54,380 bases of DNA from Vermamoeba vermiformis (GCA_045837725.1 JBEWZL010000232.1:558001-612380); one strand, 5' to 3'. Shown: positions 38,311 through 50,399, counted from the first letter of the stretch. Numbers and translations: made by a program. Notes: generated by a model from the letters alone, not told the origin.

Positions 38311-39122
38311 TCGTCCGATGCGCAACCAGAAAATCCCAAAAAATAGGATGCGAATCTCCTGAAGTACTATCTGCTAAAGTATCCATGGAATGATTTGTCC
38401 CAACGCCAAGACACTAATTTACCTTAAATTTAACAGGCTTACCTTGTTCGGTCGTGACAATTACCGATGAGAATCGCATGTTTCCAGATCTAAATGGTCA
38501 GCTGCGATAATGTAGTTAAGATGCCGAATTTTAGACATAATATATAATATAATCAGCGCAATTTGTTACCGTTTTAGGCAACAATATTCGTGAATTACTG
38601 CGCTAGCGGCGAAATTCGGGATCAAAAGAAAGTAGGTGAACCAGCCTTTAAGGTAAGCTCGCGTCGCTCGAGTGCTATTACATCGCTTATATGCCTATAA
38701 AGCTCTGGCGCAGACTTAGGCTTGATTAATTTTTCAGCGAAGTACTTAACGTTAAGGCTTCTCGAAGAAAAGCATGCTTACTGTGCTTAATACATAATAT
38801 TAGCAAGGTACGTTATGCTTATGATAACGTGTCATAAGCAAGAAACTGTCCCACAACGTTTCGGGCGTATTTTTAGCAAACGTTCTTACTCAAGTAATTA
38901 TTCCTCACTCCGATTTCAGATTGCTATCTCGATGGAATAATGCCCGAATTCACGAACAGTTCAGAGTGAATTCGAAATCTTGGACGAAAGATTGGCTTAT
39001 TTGGTAAGCAGAGTATACGAATTTAAATCTCCTTGCGGGATAATTATATATCTGGACCAGACATAAATACTCGTGGAACAGCGTTAGTCACTCCAAAAAC
39101 TTTTTCTGAAAACCACACAGCA

Positions 39123-42100
39123 ATGGCCCATCGTCAGCTACTCGTGCTTCTCGTAGCTGTTTTCGCGTGCTACGCGACTGCTCAAACTTGTACTGCACCA
39201 GGTACATTGATCGATTATCACTCGTTGGTTCGTTTTCTAATTGAGTTTCATTTAGACTCGCAGTTGTACGTGTTCCCGTACTCTTCTTCTGCCGGCGGTT
39301 ATGTCAGTAAGTATTTAGCTCTACTATTGTCGCAAACGGTAGTAATAATTCCAATTGCTCAGATCAACCCATGGCACAACTCAACGTCAATGCTACTGTG
39401 CGCATGGTCTACTACTCGAATTATACTTGGGTCGTAACTCAAATCCCCAGTGGATTGACCTACACCGTACTTTCGGATAAGATGGGCATTTCCATTACTG
39501 GTACTCCCGTCAGAGCTGGTACCTATACCATGAACGTCAATCTCTTTTACTATGGTAAGCGGGTTTATTGTTCGGAATAATAATGTCTAAATTATCGTGT
39601 ATCGCAGATAACGCTGCCAATAGACTGCGATGCTCGACTCAACCAATCAATTTCAACTTCCAGTGCAGCGTTCCAATTACTCTTACTCCTACTGAAGAGC
39701 AAGGTGTTAAAGGTACGGTAACTCTAACAGCGGAAGAACTCTTCGTGACCAAGTTTAACTTATTGCTATTTTAGGAACTGCGTATAGTCCCGCTAACGTG
39801 CAGTTTGTCGCTTCCGGTGGCTTTGGCTCTGGCTACTCATTTAGTGCCAAGTAAGTTATATTTGATCTGATACGTATCAAGCGTAATTTCTAATCAAATT
39901 AAAAAATAGCTTCGCAAATCCCAAGAACGGAGTCAACTTGACTTCTTCTGGTGCGCTCGTTGGCACATGGAGTGCTCCCACATCGTTTAGCTTTTACTTG
40001 AACGTCGTCGACGATGGTAATTGCGAAGCTACTTTCTCCTACACGTAAGTTCCGAAGCGAACCAAAATTAAACCGAAATTCAAATTGATAATATTTCCTT
40101 CTAAAGCGTCACCGTGTCTTGCCCTGATATTAATATCGCTCCTCTCTCCGGAATTATGCCTTCTGGCGTAACTACCGACTACTACAACTCCTCTTTGACC
40201 TCATCCGGCGGTCTTGCTCCCTACACTTACTTTATTACCGAAGTTTCTCTTCCTAATGGCTTGACATTTGCCAATGATGGTACTGTCTATGGTACTCCTG
40301 CAGGTGCTACGACTACGACCTTCTTTGCCAACGTCGAAGGTAAGTCGCTTCAATTGGAAAATCGGATCAATTTGTTGAAATTTATTTTTCATGAATAGAT
40401 GTAAACAACTGCCCTGGTTCTGGCGAGTTTAGCTTGGAAATCAAGTGTGCTACCATTACTTTGGGTGCTATTAACGGCTCAACTTTGGTGGACAAGGATT
40501 ACTCCAGCACCGTCGTTGCTTCGGGCGGCAGTTCTCCGTACACCTACTCACTCGATGGCTTAAAGAGATCCACTCTTGCTAATGGTCAACTGCCTCCTGG
40601 CATGTCGCTTGATGGCTCTACTGGTGTAATTTCCGGCAAGCCCACTGCCACTGGATCGTATCAATTTTCAATCCTTGCAACCGACGCTAAAGGTAAGAGC
40701 AGCTTGCTTATAATTACTCGTGTATAAAGCTAATTCGCTGTTGTAGGTTGCACGCAATCAAAGTCCTACACCATTCAAGTGTCATGCGATGACTTGGCTA
40801 TCCAAGACATTGCCGTCACCGGCGTTGCTGCAAGTTCCTACTACGCATCTTTGAGCACAGTTCGCGGATCTAGCCCATACAGTTATACAAGTAAGTTTAA
40901 AAAGCTAGCGTTGAAGATCCGGATCTAATCTTAAACATTAAGCTGCCGACACTTTGGCTAAAGATCTCGTGCTCAGTTCACAAGGAATTTTGTCGGGTGA
41001 ACTTAAACAAACCGGAATCTTTACTTTCACCGTTACATCGACCGATTTGAGATCGTGCCAAGGTAAGCTCCTAAGATCTAATCAACTTTCTTTGCTAACT
41101 TTATTCAGCTACTCGCCAGTTTACATTCAACATTACTTGCCCTACTCTTATTCTCTCGAGCTTGATTACTAACAACGGTCAAGGTAACACTTAATTCGAA
41201 TTTTATTTGATAAGGTATCTAACTTGTTTAATATCAACAGCCAGCAAGTATTACTCTTCGTACGTTCTCCCTGACGACGGCGTTGGTCCTTACACTCTTG
41301 TCTCGGTGTCTGGTCTCCCTAACGGAATTGAAAATGACGGCCAGAACTTCAACTTCGCTGGTACTCCTACTGAAATTGGTCTCTTCAATGTGACTATCAC
41401 CGCTGCTGATAGCAACGACTGCATGAACACCTTCTCCATGCCCTTGAATATTACTTGCGCTACATTTGTGTTTAGCGGCATTGATTCTGGTGCCACCGTC
41501 GATAGAAGTTACTCGGATCAGTTCGCAGTTACTAGCGGCTTCATCGGCGCAACGTCCTTTGTCGGTAAGTTTGAACAATTAATGGCTCTCAGAGAATATT
41601 TCTAACGCGATTCTCATAGTGGCTAACGGAACTTTGCCTCGTGGATTATCACTTGCCACCGACGGTACCCTGAGTGGTACTCCTACACAGAAAGGAGACT
41701 TCACCTTCACTGTCCGAGCTACTGACGCCAACGGTTGCACCGGTGAATACGATCAACAACTGTCCGTCGATTGTGCTGACAGCGAGCTTAGCGTCAATCC
41801 TTCATTGGAATCTGTAAGTTGCACAATTAACTGACTCTATTGTACCGATGACTGACTTTGCGAAAGGGTCAAACTGGTGTTTTCTACATTGATTCATTCA
41901 CCGCCTCTGGCTCTTCTCATCATCCTTACACGTACTCAATTACGCCTGCTTCGTCTGTCAATGCACAACTCCCTTACGGAGTACAAAAGCAAGTTGTCAA
42001 GCCTGATCTTCGAGGATGGACACAATGCTATTCCGGTACTTACGCTGCTGGTATGGGCGAAATCGAATTCGAAACCATTCTTGAGTGTGCCATAACGACC

Positions 42101-44059
42101 GAGGCCAAATATATGATGCTCGCCTGCGGTACTAGCGCCGACAACTTCTACAATATGGCAGCCGGTCCAATTGAGGACGTCTTTTTAATCGAAGGTACCA
42201 AGATCAGCAATGGTGTCACCTGGTACTGGCTTACCGAGGATACCGATCATTGGGCTTGGGGCTTTGCTGACGGCAGTGTGCAGCCTGCACAAATTCAATG
42301 CGATGATGCTGCAGGTGATAAACGCACCTGCTGGTATGTTGACTTCGTTGGAGAGCCTCGCACGGGATACCGTTGCGGCGACATGACTGGTCTCGATGGT
42401 AATGAGTGGTATCGTTACGTCTATGTTGCTAGCGAAATCCCTACAATCCCTCTGGACACCGTAGAAACTTATTCGTTGATGTCAAACGGAACTATTTCTG
42501 GTATGCACTTGCTTGGTTCCAGTTGCAATCCAACTAATCCGTTACAATTAGGTCTTCCAACTATTTCTGGCGATCTTGGCTTCATTGTCACGGCGACTGA
42601 TGACGCAGGCTGCTCTGCTTCAGCTTCTGGAATTCTCCACGTATGTAACTTACTCTATTTTGAAACCACCGATTAACACGTTGTTAGATCGATTGCGGTA
42701 GATTCTACGTCGAAGACCTTCCCGGAGCGCAAGTTACAATCTTGTACTCTCAAAGCTTGAACATTAGCGGTGGTTCTGGATCATACAGCGCGATCATTAG
42801 TAAGTATCACTCGACTAGTTTACTAATACATTCGATTTTAACGCGTTGTTTTATAGCTGGTTTGCCCCAAGGACTCACCTACAATACGACAGCCAATGTT
42901 CTTAGCGGCACACCTGTTACCCACGGTGAAGTACGTATTCTAATCCTGTGCTAAAAAGAATCACGGCTAACTGCTTGTTTAGTATCCTATTGTCATTGAA
43001 ATCACCGACAATATCAACCCTTGCAATTACACGGTGCGCGTCACTTTCGTTGTTTTGTGCCCTCCCAACAACTTGTCCGACATTCCTCCTGTTGCTCAAG
43101 TCGGCACTACTTACCTCGCTACGATCTCGTACAAGAACATGTTGCCGCCTGTTCACTTCCAAGCCGAGACCTTGCTTCCTTACGGCTTGACCCTCTACCG
43201 CGACGGAACTATCGAAGGTGTTCCTTCTCTCCCTGGAAACTACGAGTTCTTCGTCAGATTGATCCAAGACGTTGAAAATGGCTGCTCTGATGGACGCTGG
43301 TACAGCATTTCAGTCGTCTGCGGACCTATCGACGTTAGCGACATTAGCAACAACTTCATTCTCGGCGACTCTGTCGACGAATCCTTTGGTTCAAGCAACG
43401 GTATCCAACAGTACGCTTACACTTTGGGCTCTGGTCAACTCCCCGATGGATTGACTTTGAGTATTGATGGTAGTCTCAACGGCACCGTCACCAAGGCTGG
43501 ATTCTTCAGATTCTCTGTACGTGTCACTGACACCTATGGTTGCGTTGGTGAGCGCCGTTTCGTCGTGGCCGTCACTTGCACCAATCCCATTGCTCTCGGT
43601 CCTTTGCCAACTAGCTTCATGGCCGGCGAACAAGTCTCCATGGCTCCAGTAACTCTTGGTGGAGTCGCTCCTTATTCCTTCCAACTCTTGCTCGGTGCTT
43701 TGCCTCGTGGTCTTGTACTGAGCACCGACGGAGGCATTGCTGGAAATCTAACTTCGGCGGGTACTTTCGTCTTCCAGTTGGGCGTCACGGATAGCCAAGG
43801 CTGCGTCGCCACCGAATTGTACACTATAACGGTCACTCCTCAACCTCCAGTTGATGCTCCAGTCTCAACTGGCAATACACCCGTATCGACTCCTGTTGCC
43901 GCTCCGATTGAACCCCCTGTCGCGCCAATTCAAGCCCCTGTTCAACCCCCTGTTCAAGCCCCCACTAATTCGCCTGGCGCTGTTTCCGGACAGTCTTCAC
44001 TTCGTAGTGCGATCGCAACCATCCTTCCTGTGTGCCTAATCGTGCTCATTTCCATGTAA
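39123..44059 (+). CDS. Large surface protein: signal peptide, about 12 He_PIG (putative Ig/cadherin-like) repeats, inserted Cys/Trp domain, Pro-rich stalk, GPI-type tail; many introns
   Basis: Repeated GG..PYTY....LP.GL.L...G.ISG.PT..G.F.F.V.ATD..GC units; signal MAHRQLLVLLVAVFACYATA; PVQPPVQAP stalk; hydrophobic C-terminus. Confidence 0.88.
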
Positions 44060-44399
44060 AATAGTAATTCCAGAAATAAATCAATATTAAAAATTAAGTT
44101 TTTAATTTTTGATCTGTGCGTAATAGCCGCCAAAATGATTGTGCGACCTGGTATTTACGGAAAACATTAATTAAACAAGCGAGCTATTTCGATAGTCTTA
44201 AGTCAACCGTACAAACGATGAGCGTTTGCGTTCCCCCAATATTCGCAATTTCAAGACGATAATCAAAATGACAGCCACACGTTGTTAGTAATTTATATAA
44301 CAAGTTGATTACACGAGATATCATGCATAATGTTAGCTGATAGCGAAGCAAGCATTGTAATTGTAGAAGGTATGTCAATTTTACGTCACATCTGCGCGC

Positions 44400-46360
44400 G
44401 TGCTCAAAATAATCACGAAAAAATCGCTAATCATTGATACAGGTCAATTAATTACTGTCGATAAGCCTCCTACAAAACAACAATACAACAGAGGCCAAAG
44501 CAATTTTTGGTTTGACAAACAAAATAATTCGATTCGTTTTCGAGAAGGACAGAAGAAAGACAAATCAATTCAAGTCGAATTTCAAAACGAAAAATATCAA
44601 TACGAAGGAATAATATCGTCAAATATTTATGAGATTATTGTTCGCACGAGCATCTTTTCTTTGTTGTTTGGCAACTCATCTCGACACGTTGCAGTGACAG
44701 AAGAATCTCTTCGTCTTCCCTTTGAACAACAGCCGTGGTTTATTGGTGCCGTTGATAAAAAAGATGTCAAGAAGCTCGAACAAGGTACGTCATCGGTAAT
44801 CTGTCGAATTAGAGATCTAACACAGACGCAGCTCAGACACGCATGTTTTTCACGCGTGCAAAAGGACCCAAAGTCTATCTTCATTGGACGAGAACAAAAT
44901 CAACGACGGACACAGAAGGTCCAATACTTCTCGAGTCAAATGACTTGTCTCTCGTACTGCCTCGCGGTGAATTCATCACTGCAAGGCACAATGGGGGAGT
45001 GGTCAAGCATCGCAATGAAGTTCTTTTCTGTCGCCGAATCATGGAAAACGACTTGGAAGGAGCTAAAGTCATGCTAGAGCAAGGTATTTTCATTGTATGT
45101 CCATACAAACAGGAGCTCTAAGTGACACGAGTCACCATTTTTTAATGACAGGTGTCAATCTTAAATGCCCTTTTCTACACGAACCAAACCTCCTAACGTA
45201 CTACATCGAGCACACTCCTCAACGACTACAGAGCGATGAACTAATAATATGGTTATTAAAGTTGAATGGTGGTGTCTTCATTGACTAGTACGTTATTAAC
45301 CTTGCTCGCTCAGCTTCTATTGTAAATGTGGCTAACGTGTTTTACCAGCGAAGACAAAGCACTCATCAACGTGGTAGCGTCAAGATGTTCTGATCACGTG
45401 ATTGAAGCGTTTCTCGAGCACGGAGTCCCGAACAATCCGAGTGTCACGAAAAGAGCAATATCGCGCAAGATTCCACCGCACAGACTGCGCATCTACTTCA
45501 AGACCCTTAGTATTACTTGCGGGTCATCTAAATACAATTATTCAAATGAGTATTTGGAGAGCATCAAAGACTATAAAGATGGCTCAGATTGCACCAATCG
45601 AGTTCTCATCACCTGTGCCTGGCAGTTCGGCAATGATGACAATTTGTTCAAACAACTGCCGATAGAACTACTGCAACATATCATTAGCTTTGGAGTTGAC
45701 GATGAATATCCATGGCTTGATTACGTGGATCCACCTGACGTGGTTCAATTCGTATATCAGCCTGTTCAAGTACTGTTGAAGCTAGCTGTTATTGTGTGGC
45801 ACTACAGACACGAGCCAAATGGAAAATACAACGTAGAATGCATTTTAGATCGTCTGATCGATAAAGGGTTATCTGGGTCAATCTACAACAACTTGACACC
45901 AAGCCAAATGAAGACGCTCGTGTCGTGGATCATCACTTTGTCAACACTCTGTCAACCTAAAAAATACACGCTTTTGAAGTCTGGGTTCATGAAGTATTTA
46001 ACTACCAATCACCACTCAGTACCGCACATCAAATCATTATTAGACTCAGGCACCTTCAATCGAGAGTGGTGGATTGAGCCTGGTGATACAGGAGCTGGTT
46101 TAGTGCCAGTACCAACACCCCTCTCTTGGAGTGTGATCAATCCTGAAAAACTACACAAATCATTGATTGCACTGCTCATCCACGAGAATTTGTTGCCTGA
46201 ACAGTGTGTGCTTGATGGTGAAATTCTGCTTCTGAAGGAGTATCTAGAAATGTTCCACAGTGACAGCAGCAATGTTAGAGCAACAATTGCATTCATTGAA
46301 GAGTGCAGGAGTGCATCAAAAACCGGTACCAGCAGATATTCAAAACTGAGGAAAAGATAA
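44400..46360 (+). CDS. Hypothetical protein with degenerate SH2-like, ankyrin-like and F-box-like (LPIELLQHIISF) segments; start uncertain
   Basis: Spliceable ORFs 44400-44783, about 44830-45083, 45152-45288 and 45349-46360. Motifs PWFIGAV..FFTR, NDLEGAKVMLEQG and LFKQLPIELLQHIISF. Confidence 0.5.
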
Positions 46361-46705
46361 CCAGTGCACCCATGGAACAACAAAGGACCTGTCACAGGTT
46401 TGAACATTCCCATAGTAAGCCATCACAAGCTTTGGAATTAAGCAGAAGTCATTCTCTGCTGGTGAAAAAAAATAAAAATTTCTGACTAAGTTTTTTGATG
46501 GGACAGTGCAAGATTTAATATTAGGTTATCCTACTTTCCTAGGAATAGGATTTAAGGTGTCCCACCCCAGGCCAAATTAGGCGTCCTTCGAAATTCGTCA
46601 ACAAAATTCAAAATTCATATATGTAAAAGGGCTTGGCCATATAGGGCTAGCCCTGCAGAACCTGACAATAAATAGAGATTTGGAAGGAATTTTGCTTAGT
46701 GATTT

Positions 46706-46767
46706 TTTTACTTAGGAAAATTTTTACTTAGGAAAATTTTACTAAAGGAAATTTTTACTGTAGAAAA
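46706..46767 (+). repeat. Four ~15-16-bp direct repeats, consensus TTTTACTTAGGAAAA
   Basis: Copies at 46706, 46722, 46737 and 46753; the last two are degenerate. Confidence 0.85.
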
Positions 46768-46833
46768 ACTGACCCACCAGCGTAAGTTGGAGAATTTGAA
46801 AAAACTAAGTCTGGACAGTCTTATGAAAAATCG

Positions 46834-47162
46834 AAGTCCTTAGGGGTCGTCTCCACGCGGAGACGATCTACCCAAAAAAAAACCCGAAGTCCGCAAGGGT
46901 CGTCTCCGCGTGGAGACGATCTCGCAAAAATACCAAGTCCAAAGGGGTCGTCTCCACGTGGAGACGATCTCAAAAAAAACAAAGTCCAAAGGGGTCGTCT
47001 CCACGTGGAGACGACCTACCTAAAAAAATTAAAGTCCGCAAGGGTCGTCTCCACGCGGAGACGATCTCGCAAAAAAACAAAGTCCAAAGGGGTCGTCTCC
47101 ACGTGGAGACGATCTCAAAAAACACAAACGAAGTCCATAGGGGGTCGCGATCTCGCGAAAAA
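46834..47162. repeat. Tandem array of seven 47-53-bp units, each AAGTCC-N-GGG-[20-bp palindrome TCGTCTCCACGTGGAGACGA]-A-tract
   Basis: Units start at 46834, 46887, 46935, 46982, 47032, 47080 and 47131. Palindromes at 46847, 46900, 46948, 46995, 47045 and 47093; the seventh is degenerate. Confidence 0.97.
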
Positions 47163-47513
47163 AACAAGGTAACGTAGCGACGCGATGCAAAGTTTATCTG
47201 CAACAGTAAATGTTAATAAATTATTGTATTAATCTAACTAATAAAACCAGCACTTACCAATTTTAAAATTAGGAGCGAATGTTGTTAAATCGTTGATCGG
47301 TTCTAAAATACAAGATTAGCATTAATAAATAAACATAAATTAAATTTAATCTCAATGCAAACCGCCGCGAATATGTAAATGATCGGAACCAATTTTGTAT
47401 CCGGATTCAAAAATAAATAAAAAATTAAAATTACACTTACTATTAGCGCCAAGTCGTGTTGCTTTCGTTATTCGTGAATAAATAATACCAAGCCGGCACG
47501 AACAACTTGACCT

Positions 47514-47563
47514 GTCACGTCAAGTGATTCGTCACGTGATATGTCACGTGGGTTGTTCACGAA
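47514..47563. promoter_or_regulatory. Cluster of GTCACGTG-type (E-box) motifs upstream of the first orphan gene
   Basis: GTCACGTC at 47514, GTCACGTGA at 47531, GTCACGTGG at 47543 and TTCACGAA at 47556, about 300 bp before ATG 47834. Confidence 0.5.
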
Positions 47564-47833
47564 AAACAGAAAACAAACTTTTTGTAATTTACACGGTGCT
47601 AAAAACAATAGCGTGTCACCACAAGTGGCGCGTTTTGTTAAATATAATTGCGATACGAATCCAACAGATTCTATTGCAATTTAAAGTTTAGATCGTCGAT
47701 CAAAAATCGGCGCATCTAAATTATCTGCTAAGCCTCCAAAAGAGGCTTAATTTTATATCTATATATCGAATCATCGCCTATAAATTCCGTTAGTAAAACG
47801 GAATATTACAAGACAAATTTAGATTCGATCAGA

Positions 47834-50399
47834 ATGGTAAATATTATTTAAAATTTCAACCTTAGTTTAGTGACACAAATAATTAAAAACAAGTTTTTAT
47901 ATATCGTATTTTATTTTATTAGTATTTTTACAGTGCTAATGCTTTTTATAGAACAAGTCCAAGACATCGACCTTGGATTCTATCAGAACTTACGTGACGT
48001 TCTTCGTCCTTGCTCGCAACCGTTTGGCACCAGGCGGAAGTACGGAAGCCTACGTCACCAAGTTGCACGACAGCCTGCAGTACTTTGGCACGTTTGGCCG
48101 CAGAGCAGATTTCGTCTTTTTCTACGTCCTGTTTGATTTTCATGGAATGCTGCCCTCGCTCCCAGACCGCACTCCCGTCTATCCAACGTGGTACAAGACT
48201 TACCGCCAGACACTCGCCGATACACTTGGAATTGCTATTGGCGCAAATCCGACATGGCAAGAATTTTCCGAGTTCATGCAAGGTTTTCCAGTGTTTCTGG
48301 AACTTGCTCAACGAGAAATCTGCATGTGGAACGTAACGAAGAATATCGCGAACAATGTCAAAGAAGAAAACGACCGAATTCACGAAGAACACGCAAAACT
48401 TTGGAGAGCGATGCGCTACAACCTGAAACACTGGTCGTCCCTCACAGCTTTGCGTGCGCTTCTGACATTCATTGGCTCTGCTGAATGTCAGTATGGCGTG
48501 CCGTTGTTCTCGCAGTACACTTCCTACGATACAAAGCCCGCAAACGGTAAGTCAAATTCGGATCCATTTGTAACGGTCACTAATAGTTCGTAACTTAGGT
48601 GCTCAGAGTTCTACAACAACAACAACTGTACCCGATCAATTCAAATTTGTAGAGATTGGCTTTATTCCGGGCTGCACAGGAGTAGGCTACGAGTGGTTTC
48701 ATCTGCCTGAGTTCAATTCACGCCCTGGTGTATTTGGACACTACAAGCGTAGAGGAGAAGAACTTCCGCCCACTAACACCAAGAAGAGGCGTATCGAAGC
48801 CGTCCCCGAAGCCGCCCCCGAAGCCGTCTCTGAACTAGAAATTGGAGGCAACAGTCCTACAGGGAGCGTTGACTTGTTCTTACTCGAGTCAAACGACAAC
48901 CCTGAGCCGTCTCAAAGCCCTGTACGCAGTCCAGACTTTAACAATGAAATGCCCGTGAGTAAAAACGTATAATACACTTAATAATCGTTTAATTGATTCG
49001 TTTTAGAGTTCGCCTTTCCGTCCTCCAACTCCAGATCCGATCATTGCTACAAATACTACTGCGGTTGTTACAAACCCTGCCAAGCATCCGATTGCCGAAG
49101 CAATCCGAATCAGTAAGTCACAAACTGTCAAAATTAACTCAACGGTAACTAATTTTTCTTCAGCTCCTACTGCTAAGGTCCGCGTACCTCGCAGCACGGG
49201 ACTTACCATTGTTGGTCCTCCGGCTGTCTTTGAAGATATCCGCGGAGAGAGGCACAGCCGTCTAAAGGTGGAGGATTGCACGGTGAACCTCTCTGAATTT
49301 GGTACAATCAATTTGGTCGACCAGACCGTGTGCCGTGAGCTGTACCTGAGATGCGTCAACCTGGCCCCAACTGGAACGTCCATGACCGCGGCTGCTGTTA
49401 AATTGTAAGCTTTAGTATTACTAAACCGAACTAATACCAAAATCAGCATACTTCGCCAGCGAGTGCTGTATTTCGAAGACGTAGATTCAGAGCTTGTGGC
49501 GAAGTTGTGTCCTGTGTCTTGCAAGTCTGTCCAAGCCCTGTATATCAAAGACATCTCGAAGCCATTGGTGACTTACGGTTTTGGCAACCATACGTGGCAG
49601 CAGTTAAAATTCCTTCACTTGACACTCTGGCCAGGACAGGCAGTTCAAGTCTTTCAAAAATTGGGCGAATCCGTTGGTCAAGTTCTCAACACCATCTTTA
49701 CCGTGGCCCCTAATCTAATGGGAGTTCGATTGCCCATTGCAAACGAAGATTCGTCGAAAACGGCTTCCTGGGAGATCTCTCTGACAGGTGTCACTTTTCC
49801 TCCGGAATTTCTACTTTTGGAACTGGAATCACACTGCCCTGGAGTCTACATCGACTTGCGCAATTTGAATCAACTCCAGCTTCGTCATCTTTGCCTGGTT
49901 AATATCTTTGTCTCCCCACTCGAGTTTCACGAAGAGGTAGATCCTCGCTGCGTAGATCTTAAAGTTACAGGCCCGAAATTATACATTGGTGGCCGTAACT
50001 TGATTAATACGCTTAGTATTATGCGACACATACTGCAACATCGTCCGTAAGTCTTCCTCCGCAGTTTTGTTAAAGTCAACGCTAATTTATTTATGTAGGT
50101 TCCGCTTTCATCCTCGTGCTCTAGTTCCTCAGCTAATCTATCCCCCCGCATTGTTTTCCATCGAATGGAGTTCTCAAGTGGGTGCTCAAGTTCATGGGAA
50201 ATACTACATGGTCAGCTCAGATTTTGAATTGGCCACGACCTACGGTCCCTTCTTCTACCCTGCCATAATACCGCCCGATAACAAGCTCACTGAGAGCCAG
50301 CGCCAAGACATACCCATTCCCGACTCAGTAATCTCGGCTCAAGACGAGGAAACCATTGACGAAGTTTTGGCGGAACATTTTAGCAATTTTAGTTTGTAA
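47834..50399 (+). CDS. Orphan gene 1 of the putative element: helical N-terminal domain, KKRR NLS-like motif, Leu-rich C-terminal region; about 6 exons
   Basis: ATG|GT at 47834 splices in frame to 47952. Donors near 48547, 48955, 49405 and 50046 link ORFs 47973-48593, 49463-50050 and 50067-50399. Confidence 0.6.

Noticed and set aside
46847-47112. Synthetic Golden Gate cassette (paired BsmBI sites CGTCTC/GAGACG)
   Set aside because: The units show natural divergence, a degenerate seventh copy and higher-order duplication, and there is no vector sequence nearby.
46834-47162. CRISPR array
   Set aside because: The inter-repeat segments are short, A-rich and related to each other rather than unique spacers; there are no cas genes and the context is eukaryotic.
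46970-47203. 77-aa minus-strand ORF
   Set aside because: It is a translation of the palindrome array with no coding features.
48795-48834. 12-bp x3 coding repeat (EAVP/EAAP)
   Set aside because: Ordinary slippage repeat in a disordered linker.
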